This document shows, piece after piece, positions 1-6,034 of a DNA stretch of 13,645 nucleotides. The stretch is taken from NCBI GenBank assembly GCA_030141605.1, contig JAQGDQ010002516.1, positions 1 through 13,645 of the forward strand. Direction: 5' to 3'. The notes under the pieces are model-generated. The model was given only the letters and a program-made list of their open reading frames with translations. It searched no databases and was not told where the DNA came from. The stretch comes from Tubiluchus corallicola (Eukaryota; Animalia; Priapulida). Position 1 is the first letter of the stretch. Every line of letters starts with the position of its first letter. Made by a program: the position numbers and the translations under genes.

Positions 1-488
1 TGTGTATGTGTCTGAGCTTCTGAGCTTGGTGTGCGTGTTTGAGCTTCTGAGCTTCGTGTGAATGTGTCTGAGCTTCTGAGCTTCGTGTGTATGTGTGTGA
101 GCTTCTGAGCTTCGCGTGTATGTGTCTGAGCTTCTGAGCTTTACGTGTATGTGTCTGAGCTTCTGAGCTTCGTGTGTATGTGACTGAGTTTCGCTTGTAT
201 GTGTCTGAGCTCCTGAGCTTCGTGTGTATGTGTCTGAGCTTCGCGTGTATGTGTCTGAGCTTCACGTGTATGTGACTGAGTTTCGCGTGTATGTGTCTGA
301 GCTTCTGAGCTTGCAGGTATGTGTCTGGCTTGCTTCGTGTGTATGTGTCTAAGCTTCGTGTGTATGTGTCTGAGCTTCTGAGCTTCGTGTGTATGTGTCT
401 GAGCTTCGCGTGTATGTGTCTGAGCTTCTGAGCTTCGTGTGTATGTGTCTGAGCTTTTCGCGTGTATGTGTCTGAGCTTCTGAGCTTC
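1..488. repeat. Minisatellite of about 19 units, each a 13-bp block (CG[C/T]GTGTATGTGT) plus one or two copies of CTGAGCTT (21- or 29-bp units)
   Basis: Parsed by eye into 19 units, e.g. 84-112, 221-241, 242-262 and 459-487. There are no unique spacers, it is visibly more GC-rich than the rest of the window, and it runs off the window start. Confidence 0.95.
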
Positions 489-504
489 ACATCGATACGA
501 AGCT

Positions 505-821
505 AATCCTCTTTTTACTGCATCTATGTCTTTACTTTCTTGCAGTGCTTTTATGGCACGGTCAAAGTCATCGGAAATAGGTAGCAGGTTGGTATATATT
601 TCTTCACCTGCATTTTTTGTAAGCTCTATTTTTTCTTTGAGGGTTCGTTTTCGGTAGTTGTCAAATTCTGCACTAAGGCGGGTGTACCTGTCAATGGTAT
701 CATTAAGTTTTTGTTGCAGTTCTTGCACCTCTTTTTTTAGTTCATTGCTTTTAGATTGTTTTTGGGTGCTTGTCTTTTTACTTTTTGTAGTGTCTTTTTT
801 TGTTTTTGTTTCTTTTGTCAT
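505..821 (-). pseudogene. grpE: GrpE nucleotide exchange factor, N-terminal ~105 aa only; truncated by or fused to the minisatellite
   Basis: GrpE signature RLSAEFDNYRKRTLKEK...NLLPISDDFDRA. Similarity ends near DAVKRGL and the frame continues into repeat-encoded sequence until 141. The C-terminal beta domain is absent. ATG at 821 (GTG at 827 is an alternative). The truncation may be an assembly artefact. Confidence 0.85.
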
Positions 822-858
822 TTGCACTTTGTTTTATGAGTTGTATAGTTCTACTTTT

Positions 859-873
859 ACAATTTTCTTGCCA
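859..873 (-). promoter_or_regulatory. Putative sigma54-type -24/-12 promoter upstream of grpE
   Basis: Minus strand reads TGGCAAG-AAAA-TTGT against consensus TGGCACG-N4-TTGC, about 40 bp upstream of the ATG. Confidence 0.5.
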
Positions 874-901
874 AGGTGTTTATACTGTCAAATTGACACT
901 G

Positions 902-909
902 CAAAGTTA
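902..909 (-). promoter_or_regulatory. Bacteroidota housekeeping -7 element (TAnnTTTG) for grpE
   Basis: Minus strand TAACTTTG in the menE-grpE intergenic region. Confidence 0.5.
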
Positions 910-913
910 CTAA

Positions 914-1987
914 TTATCTGTAAATTTTATTAAGTTTTTGTTTGAGAGTTTTTCTGTCTATTTTGTGATTGGATGTTTGGGGTAGTTTTTTTACAAATAA
1001 AATGCGTTTTGGAACCTGATGTTTGTGTAGGGTTTGTTTTAGTTTTTCTTGAATGGCTTGTATTTGGGCTTTGTTCCATTGCAGGTCTTGTACAACGAGT
1101 ACAACTTCTTCTCCAAGGTGTGGGTGAGGTATACTACTTATGGCATAAGGCTGATTGATAAGATATGCTATTGGCTGTTCTATAATTTCGGGATTGAGTT
1201 TAATGCTAGCTGTGTTGATAATGTTATCGCTTCTTCCTAACCATATAAAGGTGGTATGGGAGCGTGTTTTTACAATGTCGTTGGTGTGGTGAATTTGCTT
1301 GGTTTGCGTGTCTTTGATAATAAGTTGATTGTTATTATCTGTATCAATGTTTATACCTTGTAAGGTGGTGAAGAAAGGTTGTGGGTTTTCTCCATTAATA
1401 GGTTTTATGGCTATGTGTGTAGCGGTTTCCGTCATTCCATAAGTTTCGTATATTTTGGTTTGTAGGTTTTGTAATTGTGGTAGAAAATTTGGAGGTAGTG
1501 AGCCTCCTCCAACAATGAGTTTTTTAATGCAATTGAGGTGCTGGGGATGTTTAAGTGTGTTGATGAGTTGCAGCGGTATCATTGCAGCAAAATCTATCTT
1601 TTGATGGATGTGTTGTAATGGGTCGCTGCTTGGGGGTATGATGATGAGGTTAAATTGTTGTGTAATAGCTCTGACTATCATCATCCTTCCTGCTATGTAG
1701 TTGGCGGGGAGGCAAAGTAGGGCTGTATCGCCTGTTTTTAGTTTGAGGTGTGCGGAGGTGCGTTGTGCAGAGAGGGTCATTTGTTGTTTGGCAAGTTGTA
1801 TGGTTTTGGGTGTTCCTGTGCTGCCTGATGTTTGAGTTTCTATATGAGGGGTATCATCTAACCATTGCAGGATAAAGGTGTAGATGTGTTTCTCCCATTG
1901 TAGTGTAGTGGGGGTGCTAAGTTTGTCTTTTGCAAGGTGTTGTAATTGTTGTGATGTGTATGTGCGGTTATTAATAGTAAGGTGCAT
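914..1987 (-). CDS. menE: O-succinylbenzoate-CoA ligase (short Bacteroidota-type AMP-binding enzyme)
   Basis: AMP-binding motifs TSGSTGTPK, YETYGMTET, GRSDNIIN and LPQTSNHKIDR; directly downstream of menC. Confidence 0.85.
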   Translation of the reverse strand: MHLTINNRTYTSQQLQHLAKDKLSTPTTLQWEKHIYTFILQWLDDTPHIETQTSGSTGTPKTIQLAKQQMTLSAQRTSAHLKLKTGDTALLCLPANYIAGRMMIVRAITQQFNLIIIPPSSDPLQHIHQKIDFAAMIPLQLINTLKHPQHLNCIKKLIVGGGSLPPNFLPQLQNLQTKIYETYGMTETATHIAIKPINGENPQPFFTTLQGINIDTDNNNQLIIKDTQTKQIHHTNDIVKTRSHTTFIWLGRSDNIINTASIKLNPEIIEQPIAYLINQPYAISSIPHPHLGEEVVLVVQDLQWNKAQIQAIQEKLKQTLHKHQVPKRILFVKKLPQTSNHKIDRKTLKQKLNKIYR

Positions 1988-2013
1988 TGTTTGCTTGCTG
2001 TATTAAGAATAAT

Positions 2014-3063
2014 TTAGGTTTTAAGAAGGCTAATGTTCCATTGTTTTTCTTTATTGTAGTATAGGTTGTCATTTTTTAAATATAGGGGCGAGGCTATATT
2101 GTTGGTGTAGAGCTGTCCTGTGCCAAGTCCTTGTGGGAGGGTAGGAGCGAGGCAATAGGTGTACTGTGCTATGGCGTTTAGTCCTATATTGCTTTCAAGG
2201 GCGGAGGTAATCCACCATCCTATATTGCTTTTTTTAGCTAAATTAATCCATTCTTGTGTATGTGCAATTCCTCCAAGCAACGATGGTTTTAATATGATGT
2301 ATTGGGGCTGTATGGTTTGTAGTAGCTGTGTTTTTTGCTGTGTGGTATTTATGCTGATAAGTTCTTCGTCCAGTGCTATGGGTATAGGCATATTTTTGCA
2401 CAAGTCAGCCATTTCTCTTACTTGTCCTTGCTTGATAGGTTGCTCTATGGAATGGATGTTGTAAGGAGCAAGTTGTTGCAATATCTTTTGTATGTTCTGT
2501 GGGGTGTATGCTCCATTGGCATCTAGTCTTATTTCTATTTTTGGGTGCTTATTTCTAATGGTTCGGATGAGATGGAGTTCTTCATCAAAATTTATGCCCC
2601 CTATCTTTATTTTGATACAATGGTAGTTTTGTTCTATTTTTTGTTGTATTTGTTTGAGCATAAAGCGATGATCTCCCATCCATACTAGTCCATTTGTTCT
2701 GATGCAGTCTTTCCCATCTGTAAAAGCAGAAGGGTAAAGTATTCTTTCGCCCCCTTTTTGTAGGTCTTGTAATGCAGTTTCAAGTCCAAAAAGGATAGAG
2801 GGATATTGCTGTAAGTTTTGCTGATGTTGTTCTAAATGCTTGTTGATGTTTTTACAAAGAGTGTGTAATGTTTGTGTGTAGTTGTGTATAGGGTCTGGGC
2901 TTAAACCAACTATGGTCGAACATTCTCCTATGCCTACAACTTCTGGGTTGTCGGTACGATGAATAAATAGGTAATAAGTGTCTTTCGTATATAGGGTGTC
3001 GCGCGAGGTTTGGCTGGGCTGTTTGAAATGTAGTGTGTGTTTTTTGTAATGTGCTTTTAACAT
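2014..3063 (-). CDS. menC: o-succinylbenzoate synthase (enolase superfamily)
   Basis: KIKIG catalytic Lys motif, RLDANG, IEQP, ALDEEL, ILKP and SALES motifs; adjacent to menE. Confidence 0.9.
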   Translation of the reverse strand: MLKAHYKKHTLHFKQPSQTSRDTLYTKDTYYLFIHRTDNPEVVGIGECSTIVGLSPDPIHNYTQTLHTLCKNINKHLEQHQQNLQQYPSILFGLETALQDLQKGGERILYPSAFTDGKDCIRTNGLVWMGDHRFMLKQIQQKIEQNYHCIKIKIGGINFDEELHLIRTIRNKHPKIEIRLDANGAYTPQNIQKILQQLAPYNIHSIEQPIKQGQVREMADLCKNMPIPIALDEELISINTTQQKTQLLQTIQPQYIILKPSLLGGIAHTQEWINLAKKSNIGWWITSALESNIGLNAIAQYTYCLAPTLPQGLGTGQLYTNNIASPLYLKNDNLYYNKEKQWNISLLKT

Positions 3064-4082
3064 TAGTGAAGTATTTTATATACCATTTCTTTGAGTATAT
3101 CATAGTAAGAAATGTTGCCTCCCCCAACACCTTTCGATTTCATATCGTATTGACGCAAGTAGGTGATGATGTCAGCAACTTTTTTGGGTAGGTAATTGCG
3201 CGAAGCATTGTAGTATTCGTCAATAAAATAGGGACTGACTCTTAGAGTAGCTGCTACGTTGCGTTTATCGTTTTTGTTTTTAATGAAATAGAGAGTAAAT
3301 AGCTTGCTAAAATAGTTGTAAAGCGAAGCTATAATAAGAGTGGTAGGATGTTTTTTTTCGTTTTTAGCAAAGAATTTTATGATTTGGTTGGCTTTGTAAA
3401 TGTCTCTTTGTCCAAGGGCTTTTTGTAGTTCAAAGGTGTTAAAATCTTTGCTGATGCCTATATTTTCTTCTATGTGTTGGGGTGTGATGGTCGTTTGATT
3501 TTGAGATAATGTAATGGTGAGTTTTCGTAGTTCCTGTTCTATTTTATTAAGGTCGTTGCCCAGATGTTCGGCAAGTAGGATGGTGGCTTTTTGCTCTATA
3601 TCATAGCCCTTCTCTTTGAGGTGTTTGTTTATCCAATTTGGTATCTTATTGTCGTAGAGTTTTCTGGTTTCGAGAAAAGCTCCTTGTTTTTCTATAATTT
3701 GTATCAGTTCTTTTGTTTCTTTTTTTCTTTTGTCTAAGGTTTTATTTTTATAGTTGATGACTAGCATAGTCGAAGGTTGGGGTGCTTTGGCGTAGTGCAG
3801 TAATTTTTCTATGTTTTGTATGTACTGTGCTTCTTTGATGATAATGACTTGCTGTTGAGTCATCATCGGAAATTTTCGAGCCAATGTAATAATTTCATCT
3901 ATATTGGTATCCTTTCCATAAAGAGTAGTTTGGTTGAGTTGTTTTTCTTCTTCTTTGAGAATGTTATTTGCAATGTAGTTGGTAATATGGTCAATGTAAT
4001 AGGACTCTTCTCCTGCAAGTAAATAAATAGGTTTGTATATGTTGTTTTGGAGGTCTTTAAGTATTTGTTCGTATGTTGCCAT
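3063..4082 (-). CDS. holA: DNA polymerase III delta subunit
   Basis: PIYLLAGEESYYID, FPMM...VIIIKEAQ, GNDL..IEQEL.KL and GISKDFNTFEL motifs. The stop overlaps the menC start (TAATG). Confidence 0.92.
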   Translation of the reverse strand: MATYEQILKDLQNNIYKPIYLLAGEESYYIDHITNYIANNILKEEEKQLNQTTLYGKDTNIDEIITLARKFPMMTQQQVIIIKEAQYIQNIEKLLHYAKAPQPSTMLVINYKNKTLDKRKKETKELIQIIEKQGAFLETRKLYDNKIPNWINKHLKEKGYDIEQKATILLAEHLGNDLNKIEQELRKLTITLSQNQTTITPQHIEENIGISKDFNTFELQKALGQRDIYKANQIIKFFAKNEKKHPTTLIIASLYNYFSKLFTLYFIKNKNDKRNVAATLRVSPYFIDEYYNASRNYLPKKVADIITYLRQYDMKSKGVGGGNISYYDILKEMVYKILH

Positions 4083-4164
4083 ATTATTAAAAAAAACTAA
4101 GAACTAAATAATAAAAGTTAAGAGGCAGAAATTTTTCCTTTTATTTTTTTCTCAATGTCGATGT

Positions 4165-4932
4165 TTAATATTTCAAGTGTTTTACAGGTGTTCCGTTGTT
4201 TTTTATTTCAAGGAGAGATTCTATTCCTATTTTAAGGTGCAAATTTACATAATTTTGATTAACTTCTTGGTCGCTTTGGCTCGTTTTTATTCCTGAAGAA
4301 ATCATAGGTTGGTCTGATATGAGTAATAGTGAGCCTGAAGGTATATTATTATGGAAGCCTACGGTAAAGATAGTAGCAGTTTCCATATCTATGGCTGTGG
4401 TACGCGTGGTGACAAGGTATTGTTTTAGGCTTTCATCGTATTCCCACACTCTTTTATTGGTAGTAAATACAGTGCCAGTCCAGTAATCTTGTCCGTTTTT
4501 ACGTATAGTATGCGATGCTGCTTTTTGCAAGCTAAATGCAGGCAGGGCTGGTATTTCGGGTGGGAGGTAGGCATTGGATGTTCCCTCGTTGCGAATGGCT
4601 GCGGTGGGTAGTAGTAGGCTGCCTACTTTGTATTTGTCTTTTAAACCTCCACATTTGCCAAGAAAAAGAACAGCTTTGGGTTGTACAATGGAAAGCAAAT
4701 CCATCACAGTAGCAGCGTTGGGACTTCCCATTCCAAAGTTAATGATGGTGATGCCTTCCGCTGATGCATTGGGCATATTAACATTTTTAATGGCTTGAAC
4801 ATTGAACTTTTTGGCAAATAGGTCTACGTATTGATTGAAGTTAGAGAGCAGGATGTAAGGTGTAAAATCCTCTATTTCTCTACCTGTGTAGCGTGGTAGC
4901 CAATCTTTTGCAATGTCTTGTTTTGTTTTCAT
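4165..4932 (-). CDS. amn: AMP nucleosidase, short Bacteroidota type (PNP/UDP phosphorylase family)
   Basis: DWLPRYTG, NFGMGSPNAA, FLGKCGGL, IRNEGTS, DMETAT and LLISDQP motifs; typical position upstream of holA. Confidence 0.85.
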   Translation of the reverse strand: MKTKQDIAKDWLPRYTGREIEDFTPYILLSNFNQYVDLFAKKFNVQAIKNVNMPNASAEGITIINFGMGSPNAATVMDLLSIVQPKAVLFLGKCGGLKDKYKVGSLLLPTAAIRNEGTSNAYLPPEIPALPAFSLQKAASHTIRKNGQDYWTGTVFTTNKRVWEYDESLKQYLVTTRTTAIDMETATIFTVGFHNNIPSGSLLLISDQPMISSGIKTSQSDQEVNQNYVNLHLKIGIESLLEIKNNGTPVKHLKY

Positions 4933-4952
4933 TGGTGTGTTGTTTAATTTTG
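4922..4952 (+). promoter_or_regulatory. Bacteroidota -33/-7 promoter for the HsdR_N-like gene
   Basis: TTTG (4922-4925), 19 nt spacer, TAATTTTG (4945-4952), 20 nt before the ATG at 4973. Confidence 0.65.
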
Positions 4953-4972
4953 GAGCTAATTTACTATTTTTT

Positions 4973-5437
4973 ATGCTTAAATTAAATTTGCCAAATTATA
5001 ATTTTAGGGTGAAAGTTGATGGAGAAAGCTATTTTATATTCGATGTAGTAAGAAAACGCTATGTAGCTTTAACGCCAGAAGAGTGGGTACGACAGAATTT
5101 TATACGTTTTTTAATGGAGGAAAGAGCTTACCCTTTATCTTTAATGGCTGTGGAGCGAGGTTTTAGGGTGGCTTCGTCAAAAAAAATGTTTCGTTGCGAT
5201 ATTGTATGTTTTAATAAAAAATTACAGCCCAATGTAATAGTGGAATGTAAGTCGCCAAGTGTGAAGATTGATGAAAAATCGTTTCAACAAGTAACGGAGT
5301 ATTGCTTCGAGCTAAAATGTAAATATATGGTGCTTACCAATGGTTTGGAGCATTTTTATTGTTATTTGGACTATGATAATATGAAGTATTTGTTTGTGAA
5401 GGAGCTGCCCTTGTACGTTACTAAGGATAAAGCCTAA
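4973..5437 (+). CDS. Type I restriction enzyme HsdR N-terminal-domain-like protein (PD-(D/E)xK fold), stand-alone
   Basis: LNLP...IFDVVRKRYVALTPEEWVRQ, RCDIV, VECKSP, Q...Y and LTNG motifs. Start placed at MLKLNLP (4973), because the longer ORF overlaps amn and the promoter. Confidence 0.85.
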   Translation: MLKLNLPNYNFRVKVDGESYFIFDVVRKRYVALTPEEWVRQNFIRFLMEERAYPLSLMAVERGFRVASSKKMFRCDIVCFNKKLQPNVIVECKSPSVKIDEKSFQQVTEYCFELKCKYMVLTNGLEHFYCYLDYDNMKYLFVKELPLYVTKDKA

Positions 5438-5463
5438 GAGTTATGATTCTATTATAATTCGCA

Positions 5464-5485
5464 AAACAAAATGTACATTTTGTTT
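5464..5485. repeat. Perfect 22-bp palindrome AAACAAAATGTACATTTTGTTT
   Basis: Read directly from the sequence; located 26 bp after the HsdR_N-like stop codon. Confidence 0.85.
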
Positions 5486-5643
5486 CTACATTCTTTTTGT
5501 TTTTATATTACGAGAAAAGCATAAGCTGCTAATATATAGGTATTTATAGGAAAATACGGCTCTTAAAGTCTTTTTTGTGTTTTTTATGTTGTTTTTAGAG
5601 GGTTTAAACCCCCTGTGTAGGCTGTTGTTTGCTTGTATTTATG

Positions 5644-5799
5644 TACTACCTTCAAAACAAATGAAGGGCAAAACGTGGAAACAATATCAGGGTATATTTA
5701 AACATTGTTTAAACAATGTTTAACTGGCATTTAAACATTATTTCTATTTACTTTCGTAGCTATATTTTTGTTGTTTGCTCATATATACATTTTGTTTTA
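5644..5799 (+). repeat. Direct repeat X, copy 1 (~155 bp, non-coding)
   Basis: 5652-5784 aligns without gaps to 8148-8280 with 9 mismatches in 133 bp; weaker similarity extends a few bases on each side. Confidence 0.93.
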
Positions 5800-5852
5800 C
5801 CCCTTATACAAGCCAACCAAAGAATACCCTTTGCTACCTACAAAGAAAAACT

Positions 5853-5940
5853 AAAAAAAGCCGTGCCGCACAACGCAACACGACTTTTTTTATCTTTTAG
5901 TTTTTATCTTTTATCTTATTAAAAGCGCTTGTATTCTGCT
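5853..5940 (+). repeat. Direct repeat Y, copy 1 (terminator-like hairpin 5853-5891, ATCTTTT(AG) repeats, then TTAAAAGCGCTTGTATTCTGCT)
   Basis: Matches 8003-8103 except for one substitution, one T-run difference and a 14-bp unit copy-number difference. Confidence 0.93.
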
Positions 5941-5965
5941 GCACAGAACTGGTAATTACTGAAAT

Positions 5966-6008
5966 ACTAAAAAAGCCGCGCTGCACAACGCAACACGGCT
6001 TTTTTAGT
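5966..6008 (-). terminator. Rho-independent terminator of the LRR gene (third member of the Y hairpin family)
   Basis: Perfect 13-bp arms ACTAAAAAAGCCG / CGGCTTTTTTAGT. The inner stem pairs with G-U wobbles on the minus-strand RNA and is followed by a U6 tract, 26 bp after the stop. Confidence 0.85.
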
Positions 6009-6034
6009 TCTTAGTTCTCTTATCTTTTCTCTTA

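Noticed and set aside
1-488. CRISPR array or telomere
   Set aside because: There are no unique spacers and no cas genes. The G/T-rich strand runs 5'->3' away from the end, opposite to telomerase-type ends, and it is unknown whether position 1 is a real molecule end.
658-4798. Short alternative or antisense ORFs overlapping grpE, menE, menC, holA and amn
   Set aside because: They are shadows of well-supported genes. The G/T-rich strand is poor in stop codons, giving spurious Val/Phe/Cys-rich frames.
4973-5437. Type I restriction-modification defence locus
   Set aside because: Only a small stand-alone HsdR_N-like gene is present, with no hsdM, hsdS or helicase domain. This gene commonly sits beside amn-holA in Bacteroidota.
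5716-5922. 68-aa ORF in the intergenic region
   Set aside because: It runs across repeat X, a terminator hairpin and low-complexity repeats, and has no recognisable protein features.
5853-6008. Integron attC sites
   Set aside because: No RYYYAAC...GTTRRRY ends and no integrase. The G-U-compatible stems with U tracts fit RNA terminators better.
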